Shown in pieces: positions 20,498-30,656 of a stretch of 64,000 bases of DNA. This DNA is from an uncultured Rickettsiales bacterium. Its GTDB lineage: Bacteria; Pseudomonadota; Alphaproteobacteria; RF32; CAG-239. The translations under genes were made by a program, and so were the position numbers. The notes beneath the pieces are model-generated. The model had not been told where the DNA came from and made no database searches. It saw only the letters and a program-made list of their open reading frames with translations. Location of the stretch: contig URXV01000008.1 in NCBI GenBank assembly GCA_900551865.1, positions 1,415-65,414 on the forward strand, written 5' to 3'. How positions within the stretch are numbered: position 1 is the first letter of the stretch; each line of letters opens with the position of its first letter.

Positions 20498-23400
20498 TTG
20501 TTTTCTCCTCTGTTGTCTGCATATTCTCTTCCGTTGCCGGCAGATTGTTTTCGGGGCTTTTTTCGTCTTTGGTCGGGTAAAAATATTCTTTTATGCTTTC
20601 AAACAACGCAAATAATGCCGGAATAAATATAATGCCGACCAGAGTTGCCGCAATCATGCCGAAAAATACAGTAACACCGATTGATATTTGTGAGCTTGCA
20701 CCGGGGCCAGTGGCAATAACCATCGGAAAAACGCCGAGGATAAACGTCATTGCCGTCATCAGAACCGCGCGGAATCTTTCGCCGGCGCCTCTTTCCGAAG
20801 CCTCCAGAATACTAAGCCCCTGTTCTCGGTAATCTTTGGTAAATTCAACAATTAAAATAGCATTTTTCGCTGCTAGGCCGATAAGAAGAATAATGCCGAG
20901 CTGGGCATAAATACTGAGTGGAAGACCGAACAGGTGTAATCCGAGAAAAGCGCCGAGAACAGCGAAGACAGTGGAAAACATAACTGAAAATGCCAGCATC
21001 CAGCTTTCGTATAGTGCAACCAGGAACAAATAACAGAATATGACGGCCAGAGTAATCAATGCCCCCACCAGTCCGCGCGTTTCAGCCTCCTGCAAAGAAA
21101 GAGCCGTCCAGTCGATGGAAAAGCCTTGCGGCAAAACCTGTTCAGCCAGTTTCTCCATGGTATCCATTGCCTGTCCGCTGCTGATGCCTTCTGCAGCCTG
21201 CGCCGTGATGGCCGCGGCAGTATATAAATCATAGCGGTAGATGATTTTTGGCGAAATTTCCGTAGAAACATCGGCAAAACTGTCAATTTTTATCAAACTG
21301 CCGTTGTTGGATTTAACATAAAGATTTTTGATGTTTTCTATGCTGCGTCGATAATTGAAATCGGCCTGCAGGATAACCTTGTTGACTTGTCCGCTCAACG
21401 TAATGTTGTTAATATATGTTGCCCCTAAATTGCTTTGCAGTGTATTATAAAGGGCTGAAACCGGAATGTCGTAAGATTGCAGTTTCGTCCGGTCTATATT
21501 AAGATAAACATGCGGCGTATCTGCGGTAAATGTACTGAAAGCATAAGCCATCTCCGGGCTGCTGTTAGCCGCGTAGAGATATTGTTTTAACGCTTTATCC
21601 AAATCTTGAGGTGTAGCATCGGTATTGGTTGCCACCAATTCTAAGGACAAACCGTTACTTTGTCCGATTCCGGGGACGGACGGCGGGGCAAAAAAGTTAA
21701 GCTCGGCATTTTTATAAGAGCCGAATTTTTGGCTTAAAGAACCGGTGATGCCTTCAATAGAAAGAGCCCTGGTCGTGCGCTTGGACCAGTCTTCCAACCC
21801 TATGACGCCGAGGGCGACATTTTCCCCGCTGCCTCCCAGCAGGCTGTATCCGGCGACGGTAATAACATATTTAATTCCGTCCATCTGCAAAATTTTACGG
21901 CTCATATCAGCCAGAATCTCATTCGTCTGGTTAATGCTGGCGGTTGTGTCCAGCTGCACGTTTGCAAAAATAATGCCCTGATCTTCTTCCGGCAGAAAAG
22001 AAGTTGCCGTAAATTTAAAGTATAATCCGATAACGGCGATAACGGCCGTAATAATAAGAACCGTAAACAGCAGATAACGGGAAAAAAAGCCGACGACTTT
22101 AATATAAACGTTTTTGAATTTATCCAATCCGTCATTAAACAGTTTAAAAAAGCCGCGCCCCCGGCTTTCCTTTTCATTTTTAAGAAAAATGGAACATAAA
22201 GCCGGACTGAGTGTCAAGGCATTGAATGCGGAAAAAACGACCGATGTACCAATGGCAACGGCAAATTGCTGATAAATTTTTCCCGTAATGCCCGCCATCA
22301 ATCCGACCGGAACAAAAATGGCAAGCAGAACGAAAGTTGTCGCGACAATGGCGCTTCCTATTTGTTGCATGGCTTTTACTGAAGCCTCATAAGCCGGAAG
22401 GTTTTCGTTAAGCATAAGATATTGTACGCGTTCAACCACGATAATGGCATCATCGACAACCAGTCCGATAACCAAAATCATGGCAAATAGCGTTAAGATG
22501 TTAATATCAAATCCAAGAATATAAATAATAACAAATGTGGCGATTAAAGAAACTGGAATTGTTATCAGCGGGATTAACGTGGTTTTTATTTTCTGCAAAA
22601 AAAGAAACGTAACCAGAATAACCAGCCCGAAAGTGATAAACAGCGTTTCTACAATGGCAGATATGGACGCCCGGACATAATCCGTTGAATCATAAGCAAC
22701 TTTTATCTCCATATCTTTGGGAAAAGTTTGAGCAAGTTCATCAATTTCCTTTTGTACGGCATCCATCGTTTGCAGGGCGTTGGTGTTCGGCGTTTGGTTC
22801 AAGGCTATAATAACCGCCGGAGCGTTGTCATATTTTGAGTTAATGTTGTAGGAATCCCGTCCCAGTTCAATCCGCGCAACGTCTTTCAAATATGTAACTC
22901 CGCCGCTTTCAGAGGTTGCAATGACAATATTGGAGAAGTTTTCAACGCTGTTGAGCAGCCCCTGCGCAGTCAGAGTCAAAACAAGATTGGTATCTTTGCT
23001 GCTGGGCGCCGAACCTATGCTTCCGACCGCAGCCTGAACGTTTTGATTTTGCACGGCAGCAATAACATCGGTACTGCTCAGGCCTAACGCCGTTATTTTA
23101 TCAACGTCAAGCCAGATGCGCATGCTGTATTGCGGGCCGAATATCTGTACCTGTCCGATGCCGTAAAGTCTGGACAGCGGGTTTTTTATATTGGTATAAG
23201 CATAATTGCTTAAAAACAAATCATCATATGAATTATTTGGTGAACGCAGGGCAATCAGGGCCAGTATGTCTGCATTTTCCGTCGAAACGTCAAGCCCTTC
23301 TTTGGTAACTTCGGCAGGAAGTTCGCTGTTAACCTGTTGCAGGCGGTTTTGTACTTTAACCTGCGCAATATCCGGATCTGTTCCTATGTCAAACGTAACC

Positions 23401-23675
23401 GTAAGCGTATAGGAACCGTTATCGTCAGAAGTAGATGACATATACAGCATATCTTCAACGCCGTTCATCTGGTTTTCAATCGGTATGGCGACCGTATCGG
23501 TCAAAACTTGGGCATTTGCGCCGAGGTAGGTTGTTTTAACGGTAACCTGTGGCGGAGTAATGCTTGGGAATTGTGAAATCGGCAGAATTTTAATTGCCAG
23601 GACACCGAGAATAATCATAATGATTGAGATAACCATGGCAAAACGAGGTCTGTCTATAAAAAATTTAGAAAACAT
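20490..23675 (-). CDS. RND multidrug efflux permease (AcrB/HAE1 family)
   Basis: 1061 aa. N-terminus [24 protein letters not shown], 12-TM architecture with two large periplasmic loops, and conserved [12 protein letters not shown] and [13 protein letters not shown]. Confidence 0.95.
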   Translation of the reverse strand: MFSKFFIDRPRFAMVISIIMIILGVLAIKILPISQFPSITPPQVTVKTTYLGANAQVLTDTVAIPIENQMNGVEDMLYMSSTSDDNGSYTLTVTFDIGTDPDIAQVKVQNRLQQVNSELPAEVTKEGLDVSTENADILALIALRSPNNSYDDLFLSNYAYTNIKNPLSRLYGIGQVQIFGPQYSMRIWLDVDKITALGLSSTDVIAAVQNQNVQAAVGSIGSAPSSKDTNLVLTLTAQGLLNSVENFSNIVIATSESGGVTYLKDVARIELGRDSYNINSKYDNAPAVIIALNQTPNTNALQTMDAVQKEIDELAQTFPKDMEIKVAYDSTDYVRASISAIVETLFITFGLVILVTFLFLQKIKTTLIPLITIPVSLIATFVIIYILGFDINILTLFAMILVIGLVVDDAIIVVERVQYLMLNENLPAYEASVKAMQQIGSAIVATTFVLLAIFVPVGLMAGITGKIYQQFAVAIGTSVVFSAFNALTLSPALCSIFLKNEKESRGRGFFKLFNDGLDKFKNVYIKVVGFFSRYLLFTVLIITAVIAVIGLYFKFTATSFLPEEDQGIIFANVQLDTTASINQTNEILADMSRKILQMDGIKYVITVAGYSLLGGSGENVALGVIGLEDWSKRTTRALSIEGITGSLSQKFGSYKNAELNFFAPPSVPGIGQSNGLSLELVATNTDATPQDLDKALKQYLYAANSSPEMAYAFSTFTADTPHVYLNIDRTKLQSYDIPVSALYNTLQSNLGATYINNITLSGQVNKVILQADFNYRRSIENIKNLYVKSNNGSLIKIDSFADVSTEISPKIIYRYDLYTAAAITAQAAEGISSGQAMDTMEKLAEQVLPQGFSIDWTALSLQEAETRGLVGALITLAVIFCYLFLVALYESWMLAFSVMFSTVFAVLGAFLGLHLFGLPLSIYAQLGIILLIGLAAKNAILIVEFTKDYREQGLSILEASERGAGERFRAVLMTAMTFILGVFPMVIATGPGASSQISIGVTVFFGMIAATLVGIIFIPALFALFESIKEYFYPTKDEKSPENNLPATEENMQTTEEKTNA

Positions 23676-23699
23676 GGCCGTAAACTCCCGTGTCGGAAA

Positions 23700-24833
23700 T
23701 TAATTAATAATGTCAAAATGGATGTTCGCACCGTTTTTTATGTTTGAAACATCGTCCAATATCAGCAAGTCGCCGGCATTAAAAGTATTCTTAAGGACAT
23801 ATTGGTTATTTTTATCGGCAATAATATCAACTTTGACTTTTGTAATGGCGTTGTTTCTTGCTATGACGACAAAATTTCCCGTTGTTTCCATTTTTATAAA
23901 GTTCTTGTCGAGAATAACGCTGTCTTTAAAAATTTTTTCGACTTCCACCGTTACAAAAGAGTTTGGCAGAAGTTCATTTTTGTCGTTTTTAAAATAAGTG
24001 TAAACAGCCAGAGAGTTGGTAGTTTTATTGATTTCATTGTCAGTGTATTTAAATTCTCCGGGATAGGGAAAAATTTGGCCGTTTGCCGTCTTCAGCCGGA
24101 TAATACTGTCATTGAACAAGTTTTTTTCACTCTGTGCCATATTAAGGTATTCTGCGTCAGTCAGGGAAAAAACAACCCGTATAGGATCTGTTTGAACGAT
24201 GTTTAACAAAGTCCCGTTTCCCGGAGAAACATAGTCTCCGGGGCTTAGCGTAAAGTTTCCGACAAGTCCGGAGATGGGAGCTTTAATTTTTGTGTATCCG
24301 TAATTAACCTCCGCCAAAGCGCGATTGGCTTCTGCATTTTTTAATGTCGCCTGCGACTGCAGAAAATTATTTCTGGCATTGTCTATTTCAATTTCGGAAA
24401 AAGCTTTCTTGCCAGACTTTTGAACCCTGTCGTAGTAATTTTGATTGTAAGCAAAAGCTGCTTCCGCCTGTAAGACTGAAGCTTCTGCGGCGTCAAGTTT
24501 CGCTTTGTACTCATTGGGTTCAATGGTAATAAGAAGTTCTCCTTCTCTGACAAACTGTCCTGCTTTCACGGGGATTTCTTGCAGATAACCGCTGATGTAA
24601 GGGATAATCTGCACCTGATTGATAGCCTCGGCATAGCCGACATAGCTGTTTGTTACCGTAACGTCGCCCGGCATAATCGGCTTGGCGTTTAAAGTAATGC
24701 TGTCGTTAACGGGAACCGGCCTGGCTTCTTTGGCATCAGACATTTTAAACATATAAAATCCTAATCCGAAAGAAGCCAGACATAATATTAATAACAATAA
24801 TATATAAACAAAACGTTCGTTTTTATTCTCCAT
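23700..24833 (-). CDS. RND efflux periplasmic adaptor (membrane fusion protein)
   Basis: N-terminal anchor, lipoyl/alpha-hairpin pattern (GYLQEIPVKAGQFVREGELLITIEP ... YTKIKAPISGLVG). First gene of the MFP-RND-OMF operon. Confidence 0.85.
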   Translation of the reverse strand: MENKNERFVYILLLLILCLASFGLGFYMFKMSDAKEARPVPVNDSITLNAKPIMPGDVTVTNSYVGYAEAINQVQIIPYISGYLQEIPVKAGQFVREGELLITIEPNEYKAKLDAAEASVLQAEAAFAYNQNYYDRVQKSGKKAFSEIEIDNARNNFLQSQATLKNAEANRALAEVNYGYTKIKAPISGLVGNFTLSPGDYVSPGNGTLLNIVQTDPIRVVFSLTDAEYLNMAQSEKNLFNDSIIRLKTANGQIFPYPGEFKYTDNEINKTTNSLAVYTYFKNDKNELLPNSFVTVEVEKIFKDSVILDKNFIKMETTGNFVVIARNNAITKVKVDIIADKNNQYVLKNTFNAGDLLILDDVSNIKNGANIHFDIIN

Positions 24834-24901
24834 CGCCCTCTATCCTTATTTCCTGATTAGGTTTGCAAAATAGATAATAAGCAATGGATGACTTTCAAGA
24901 C

Positions 24902-25777
24902 TTATTGCATTAGTTCTATAGCCTTTGTAATCTTTTTTATGGAGTTAAGTTCAATCTGCCTGACCCTTTCTTTTGAAATATTGTAGGTCTTGCTTAAATC
25001 GTCAAGCGTAATGGTTTTTTCGTATAAACGCCGTTTGAACAAAATGTCTTTTTCGCGTTTGTTAAGGACATAAAGCGCTTGATTAAACATTTGCCGGCGG
25101 TATTTGACGGTTTCGGAGTGGGCAAGGCTTTCTTCCTGATTTGGCTTATTGTCTGAAATAAAATCCAGCCACTCGGTTGTTCCGTCGGAGTCTCCGTCAA
25201 TAATGGCATTTAAAGAGCCGTCATGCGATTTCAGGCGCATATTCATATCGGTTACGTCCTGAACGCTGACGTCGAGAGATTTGGCGATATCTTTCAAAAC
25301 ATGCTGCGACAGTTCTCTGTCGTCAATTAAATTCAGGCGGTTTTTTATTTTTCTGAGATTGAAAAAAAGTTTTTTCTGAGCCGCTGTTGTACCTAATTTG
25401 ACCAGCGACCAGGAATTAAGAATGTATTTTTGTACGGAAGCTTTAATCCACCATAGGGCATAAGTGGAAAAGCGAAAGCCTTTTTCAGGAGCAAATTTGT
25501 CGATAGCATACATCAGGCCGATATTGCCTTCGGAAATCATTTCGCCGACAGGCAAACCATAGCCCCGGTATTTTGAAACGACCTTAACCACCAGCCGCAA
25601 ATGTGATGTGATTAATTTGTAGGCGATTTCCTTGTCTTTGCTTTGTTGATATCTTAGTGCTAAATCGTATTCTTCTTCGGATGATAAAATGGGAAATTTT
25701 TTGATAGATTGCAGATAACGGGAAAGGTTTTCTTCGGGTGAAAAGTCAAGTCCATTTAGAGTAAGTTGTTCTTTCAT
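24902..25777 (-). CDS. rpoH: RNA polymerase sigma-32 (heat-shock sigma factor)
   Basis: Sigma-70 regions 2-4 (SEGNIGLMYAIDKFAPEKGFRFSTYALWWIKA) plus an RpoH-box-like QKKLFFNLRKIK. Confidence 0.9.
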   Translation of the reverse strand: MKEQLTLNGLDFSPEENLSRYLQSIKKFPILSSEEEYDLALRYQQSKDKEIAYKLITSHLRLVVKVVSKYRGYGLPVGEMISEGNIGLMYAIDKFAPEKGFRFSTYALWWIKASVQKYILNSWSLVKLGTTAAQKKLFFNLRKIKNRLNLIDDRELSQHVLKDIAKSLDVSVQDVTDMNMRLKSHDGSLNAIIDGDSDGTTEWLDFISDNKPNQEESLAHSETVKYRRQMFNQALYVLNKREKDILFKRRLYEKTITLDDLSKTYNISKERVRQIELNSIKKITKAIELMQ

Positions 25778-25930
25778 GATTCTTCTCCTAAAAGTTGACT
25801 GACGCGAGTTTATAACCGTAAAATTTTTTCCACAACCTAGACAATAGTTTTATTGTTTTTAATAATTTATTAAGTAATTTTAAGGGGTTGCTAAACTAAA
25901 AGATATATGCCCTGCGTTCTGAAGACGCTG

Positions 25931-26935
25931 TTAAAAAGCTCTCAGATTTTCTATAAGATTTTGCATATCTTCGGGAAAATCGGCTGTAAACGACAGGCAC
26001 TGGTGGTTTATCGGATGTTCAAACCCGAGAGAATAGGCGTGAAGAGCCTGCCTCGGAAAAGTATTGACAAAGGATTTTAATGGTTCAGGCAAATTAATGG
26101 TGCTTTTTTTTGCTTTCGTATATACATCGTCACCAACCAAATTACAACCGATCGAAGACATATGGACGCGTATTTGGTGTGTCCGCCCTGTTTCCAGATT
26201 GCATTGCACTAGGGCTGCCGCCTTTTTATAAGTTTCAATGGTTTTGTAATGGGTTGTTGCTGTTTTGCCGCCATTTTGCACAATGGCCATTTTTTTACGG
26301 TCATAAGGGCTTCGGGCGATATTGCCCGTAATTGTTCCCTGTTCGGGTACAGGAACGCCGTAAACGACAGCATAATAAGTCCGCTCAATGGTATGGTAAA
26401 AAAATTGTTCGGCCAAACCGCGATGGGCAATGTCGTTTTTTGCCGCAACCAGAATACCGCTCGTGTTTCTGTCAATACGATGGACAATTCCGGGTCTTGC
26501 TACGCCGCCGATTCCGGATAGAGAATCCCGGCAATGATACAAAAGGGCATTAACCAATGTGCCCGTATAAATGCCTGCAGCCGGATGAACCGTCATTCCT
26601 GCCGGTTTGTTCACGACAATCAGGTCACTGTCTTCATAGAGAATGTTGAGCGGTATGTTTTCTGCCTGCGGTGCCGCTTCTCTGGGTTCCGGAAGGTTTA
26701 TCTGATAGACGTCTCCAATCCGGGTTTTGTGGTTTTTATCCAAGATAACGTCGTCATCTGCAAAAACGAATCCCTCTTCAATCAGCCTCTGCACCTGAGC
26801 GCGCGAAAAATCCCGGATTTCACCGGCTATATATTTGTCAATACGGAGAGAAGCTTGTGAAGCATCAACCGGATTTGTATAAAAAACTTTATTATTTTCG
26901 CTGTCCATAGGGGTTCTTGTTAAATATATTTTCAC
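25931..26935 (-). CDS. rluD: 23S rRNA pseudouridine synthase, RluA/RluD family
   Basis: S4-like N-domain (RIDKYIAGEI...SRAQVQRLI) and catalytic motif GIVHRIDRNTSGILVAAK, followed by GRTHQIRVHM. The start codon is ambiguous (M1 versus M10). Confidence 0.9.
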   Translation of the reverse strand: MKIYLTRTPMDSENNKVFYTNPVDASQASLRIDKYIAGEIRDFSRAQVQRLIEEGFVFADDDVILDKNHKTRIGDVYQINLPEPREAAPQAENIPLNILYEDSDLIVVNKPAGMTVHPAAGIYTGTLVNALLYHCRDSLSGIGGVARPGIVHRIDRNTSGILVAAKNDIAHRGLAEQFFYHTIERTYYAVVYGVPVPEQGTITGNIARSPYDRKKMAIVQNGGKTATTHYKTIETYKKAAALVQCNLETGRTHQIRVHMSSIGCNLVGDDVYTKAKKSTINLPEPLKSFVNTFPRQALHAYSLGFEHPINHQCLSFTADFPEDMQNLIENLRAF

Positions 26936-26986
26936 ATATACTGCCTAAAATAAACCATAAGGTAAGATAAAATCAAGGGTATAATA

Positions 26987-27289
26987 ATGTCAAACGTTAA
27001 AATAGCCAAATATATTGCCATATTGCTGGGTGCCGGCATCGTTTTGTGCACTTATTTTGTGTTTTTGAAAATCCTGAATAAGAAAACGGGTATTTCCGGT
27101 GCTCCGGTTTCTGCCGAAATGGTGCTGAAAGTTCCTGAAAATGCTGAAGTAAAAGATATCAGGATAACTGAGAGGAAAATTTATTTCTTAATGACATCGC
27201 CTCAGGAAGAGAATTTAATAATCGTTGACGAAAATACCCGGCAGGAGATTTTGAAAATTGTTCTGAAAAAGGAGAAAACCCATGAGTAA
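26987..27289 (+). CDS. Hypothetical N-terminally anchored small protein (first gene of the T4CP-containing operon)
   Basis: 100 aa with a single TM (YIAILLGAGIVLCTYFVFLKIL). Its stop overlaps the next ATG (ATGAGTAA, 8-nt overlap). Confidence 0.5.
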   Translation: MSNVKIAKYIAILLGAGIVLCTYFVFLKILNKKTGISGAPVSAEMVLKVPENAEVKDIRITERKIYFLMTSPQEENLIIVDENTRQEILKIVLKKEKTHE

Positions 27290-28376
27290 TGATGATTCTC
27301 TTGATGCTTTTTTAACTGCGGATATGCCGGCTGATGAAAAGAAAAAAAACAAAGACACAAGTTTGGAAGATGAATTTGCCAAGCTTTTGAATGATTTTAT
27401 AAATCAGGATAAACCGGCAACAAAATCTGGTAATAAAAAAACGGAAGAAAGTCTGGACAGCTTTCTGGAAAGTTCGGGCAGCGGCCTTGACAGTTTCTTG
27501 ACTTCGTCGGTTGTTTCGTCCGAAAATACACCGGCTGCACAGCCGCAGCAGGTTTCTTCCAAAGCGGAATTAGTGGAAAATGCCGCACAGCCGACAGAGG
27601 AGGAGGATTTGTCCGGCCTCATAACTCAGCCTGTTGCCGCTCCCGAAATCACGCCGGAAAATATTCAGGCCGACGATACTGCCGCAAACAGGCTGAAACA
27701 GGAAGAGCAGGAATTGGCGCGTGCCGTTGCCAATTTTCAGGATGGCATAGTTGCAATGGCTGACAAAAAAAATCTCAAAGTTCCCGATACCGATTACAAG
27801 GAAGATATGCTGTATCCGAACTATAAGCCCAGTATTGGCAAAAAAATTGCCCAATATCTGCTGGCATGCTGGGATATTATGAATAAATATGATCCTGAAA
27901 ATATGAAACGGCTTTCCAAAGATGCCGGAGATGAAGAATATCTCGCTTTTGCCGAAACACTGAACGATACGGATATGCAGCTCGCCATAATATCATACGT
28001 TGAAATTCTTATAAATCTGGAAATTTGCGAAGTCGGCTATGAGCAAAAAAAGGAAATTTTGCAAAAAAACCGGATAAAGCGGGAATTGTATGAAGAATAT
28101 ATGGAACTTCAGGAACGAAAAGCCTTGTTTATCAAAAAATTAAAAGAAAAAGATTTTCCGGTAGATGCGGAACGTCTGATAGGAAATTACTTTCGGGTTG
28201 CACAAAAAGATCCCGACGGCTCATTTAATGCCCTGGTAAAGAATCCGGCCATGTTTTCTCCGATAGAATTTGAAAAAATTCGGCCCAAGTTCTTTGGGTT
28301 GATAAAAGTAACGCCGGAAGACGGGATAAAAGCAAATCAAAAAATCGGGCATTTTATAAAAAAACTTAAAGTTTAA
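27282..28376 (+). CDS. Hypothetical protein: acidic, disordered N-terminal half plus helical C-terminal domain
   Basis: 364 aa. The first ~150 aa are rich in D/E/S/T/P/Q (SLDAFLTADMPADEKKK..., SLDSFLESSGSGLDSFLTSS). The C-terminal ~200 aa look helical. No family motif recognised. Confidence 0.55.
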   Translation: MSNDDSLDAFLTADMPADEKKKNKDTSLEDEFAKLLNDFINQDKPATKSGNKKTEESLDSFLESSGSGLDSFLTSSVVSSENTPAAQPQQVSSKAELVENAAQPTEEEDLSGLITQPVAAPEITPENIQADDTAANRLKQEEQELARAVANFQDGIVAMADKKNLKVPDTDYKEDMLYPNYKPSIGKKIAQYLLACWDIMNKYDPENMKRLSKDAGDEEYLAFAETLNDTDMQLAIISYVEILINLEICEVGYEQKKEILQKNRIKRELYEEYMELQERKALFIKKLKEKDFPVDAERLIGNYFRVAQKDPDGSFNALVKNPAMFSPIEFEKIRPKFFGLIKVTPEDGIKANQKIGHFIKKLKV

Positions 28377-28467
28377 TAAAATTTGCCTGATGGCGGAACG
28401 GTTTAAAGTAGACAACCTGCGGATTTTATGCTAATATGACATAAAAGCATAAAAATCGGAGGCAAAA

Positions 28468-30099
28468 ATGGCTGAACAATCCCAAATAAACGAATTGGAC
28501 CGGTTGCTAAAGCAAAATATTGAAGAGATAGATAAGGCAACAAATGCTAATTTAGTTGGTGTTCCTCCCCGAGCCGGGGCGGAATCCGGAAACGGCAGTA
28601 CGCCGTCTGGAGCACGGTCGGAAAGCGGGGCGTCGTCTTCCTCTGCGGATAACACGGAAACAAGCGGAAACAATGCGGGGGAAAACGATGGAAACAGGCA
28701 GGATACTCCGACATCGGCAGAATCGGAAAACAGGCAGGATACGCCGGAACCTCGCCGTCCTGAGAGGATTCCCGATGGCGTTTCGCGCGCGTATGACGAT
28801 GTGTCTTTAGGCGAATTTGATACCAAAGCCCCGAAAGAAAAAACGGAAACCAAGGGTTCAAAACCTAAGGGCGGCATAACGCCTCCCAAACGCGACCGTG
28901 GTGGAACCAAGGGAAAATCCGGCGGCGATGATATTATGGAAGTTTTTTGGAATGACTGTATTATGGCTTTTTATGCCTGGACAATAGATACGGTTGTCGA
29001 CAATACGTTGGATTTTGCCGAATGGGTACTGTTTTCGCCATATAAATCCGGCGGCGGCACGGTTGAAACTACGACTGAAAAAAAGCCGAAAACCATATAT
29101 ATGTTGGGCGAAGAATTGTATAAAAGCCGTATGGAAAACTTTGCCAAAGAAAAAGATAAGCTGATAGAGTTAAACGAAAATCTGGAAAAAAGCGCAAACG
29201 GAATCCAACCCGAATGGAGACTTTGGGGGAAAATGCCGGCATTTTATCCCAAATTGCAGCAAATTCATGCCAAGGCAATAGAAAATCCCAATTCGGAAGA
29301 AGCCAAATTTATGCATAAGTACGGTTTGGGAAGCAGTGCCGAAACCGTTAAAGGGCGTTTTGCCAAAGAGGAAAAACTGTTTATGCTCGCTGTTCGTTTG
29401 GCTACGGTAGAAGAAGTCGTCAGCGATACAAAAAATACGATTTCTCCTGAATTTTCCCAAAAATTGGCAGAATTGGATGAAACGTTGAAAAAGAATAATT
29501 GCAGCAAGCAGGAGGTAACGGGGAAAATCAATGCCCTGTCAGAAGAAATCGGGGGAGACAGCACTGTTTGCAAAGACGTTTCTGCAAAAATACAAGAAAT
29601 AAATGCTCTTCTTGAAAAAGACGGAGATATTTCGAAAGTAAAAAAAGATATCATAAAAAAAGCCAAGGAACTTCGCAAGGTTTCCGAGGGTGCCGGCCAC
29701 GACGAAGACATCATAAAAGAACATATCAGAAAACGCGGCCAGGAAAAATATAAGAGGCTTATGGAAAATATTGATAAAATTCATGAAGCTTATGCGGATG
29801 ACCCGGAAAAGGTCAAGGAAACCATTAAAGAATACCTTGTTTCGGTAAATAATGCCGGCAAGGAGGCCAAGCAAGCGACGGATAAAGTTATAGAAGAAGG
29901 CCTGAAAGGCAAAATAAATGCCGGAGAAAAACGTAAAAAAGCCAAAGCATCTGTAGAAAAAATTGATACGGCGATAAATGATTTTATGCTTGAAGGCGAA
30001 AAAATTTCATCAAAAGCTCCGGCAGCTCAAAAAGATGAATTCGTATTAACCGAAAAACAATTTTCTAAAGCTATAAAAGATTATCGGTTAGGTCGCTAA
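28468..30099 (+). CDS. Hypothetical protein: disordered N-terminus, hydrophobic segment, long K/E-rich coiled-coil C-terminus
   Basis: 543 aa, strong SD (ggaggcaaaaATG). Low-complexity residues ~30-160 contain the repeat xNRQDTP twice. Hydrophobic patch FWNDCIMAFYAWTIDTVV. The remainder is helical and K/E-rich. Confidence 0.6.
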   Translation: MAEQSQINELDRLLKQNIEEIDKATNANLVGVPPRAGAESGNGSTPSGARSESGASSSSADNTETSGNNAGENDGNRQDTPTSAESENRQDTPEPRRPERIPDGVSRAYDDVSLGEFDTKAPKEKTETKGSKPKGGITPPKRDRGGTKGKSGGDDIMEVFWNDCIMAFYAWTIDTVVDNTLDFAEWVLFSPYKSGGGTVETTTEKKPKTIYMLGEELYKSRMENFAKEKDKLIELNENLEKSANGIQPEWRLWGKMPAFYPKLQQIHAKAIENPNSEEAKFMHKYGLGSSAETVKGRFAKEEKLFMLAVRLATVEEVVSDTKNTISPEFSQKLAELDETLKKNNCSKQEVTGKINALSEEIGGDSTVCKDVSAKIQEINALLEKDGDISKVKKDIIKKAKELRKVSEGAGHDEDIIKEHIRKRGQEKYKRLMENIDKIHEAYADDPEKVKETIKEYLVSVNNAGKEAKQATDKVIEEGLKGKINAGEKRKKAKASVEKIDTAINDFMLEGEKISSKAPAAQKDEFVLTEKQFSKAIKDYRLGR

Positions 30100-30110
30100 G
30101 GAGAAGATGA

Positions 30111-30602
30111 ATGGCAAAAGTGGAAAAATTGATAAAATTTTTTACGGTTTGTGCAGTTGTTTTTGTCGTTTTGGGGTATATTTGCCGGGAATTGTTTAAA
30201 TTTATCTGGAATTTTGATGTTTTCAATCGGGAATCTTACCGGATTTTGTATGATTACTGGGAAAACGGCGGCGTATTTAATACGTTTCGGGATTGCAGCT
30301 TGGGGCTGTTTTTGTTTTTAATGCCCGTAATATGGCTGGTTTTAAGTTATAAGCTGTATAAGTACGGGCTGGTGAAGTTTTTGCTTAATCCGTTGGTTAA
30401 ACTGTACCGCCGTATAACCCGTCCTAAAACTATGGAAGTAGAACACGTTTCAATCAAAAATCTTGGCGGGAAAGATAAAACGCTGGATGAGATTATCGCC
30501 GAAAAAGTGGAAAAGCAGGGAGGGAACAAAAACGTTGGCCATGCCTCGCAAAATCTGCGCCGGCAGATAGCTGCAAAAATTGAAGAAAATGAAAAACAAT
30601 AA
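30111..30602 (+). CDS. Hypothetical 2-TM membrane protein (paralogous to the N-terminus of 30657-31979)
   Basis: 163 aa, SD aaggag. TM1 FFTVCAVVFVVLGYICRELF and TM2 LGLFLFLMPVIWLVLSY. Shares a W.FD.F..E..R.L...W..G block with the next gene. Confidence 0.6.
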   Translation: MAKVEKLIKFFTVCAVVFVVLGYICRELFKFIWNFDVFNRESYRILYDYWENGGVFNTFRDCSLGLFLFLMPVIWLVLSYKLYKYGLVKFLLNPLVKLYRRITRPKTMEVEHVSIKNLGGKDKTLDEIIAEKVEKQGGNKNVGHASQNLRRQIAAKIEENEKQ

Positions 30603-30656
30603 TTACTTGTTAACCAATCAATGGATATAATGGGAAAATAAAAGCCGGAGAAGAAC

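Noticed and set aside
26936-26986. TATAAT (26978-26983) as the -10 element of the T4CP operon promoter
   Set aside because: It ends only 3 nt before the ATG at 26987. A transcript starting downstream of it would lack the start codon. No promoter is called here.
28431-28910. 159-aa and 104-aa minus-strand ORFs, and an 84-aa plus-strand ORF
   Set aside because: They overlap the GC-rich, low-complexity N-terminal coding region of the 543-aa gene, which has a strong SD and a long downstream frame. Open antisense frames are expected in such repeats.
28880-28925. Possible P-loop (RDRGGTKGKSGG) in the 543-aa protein
   Set aside because: It does not fit [AG]-x4-G-K-[ST], because the residue five positions before the Gly is Arg. 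It also lies in a disordered G/K/S-rich stretch with no flanking beta strand or Walker B.
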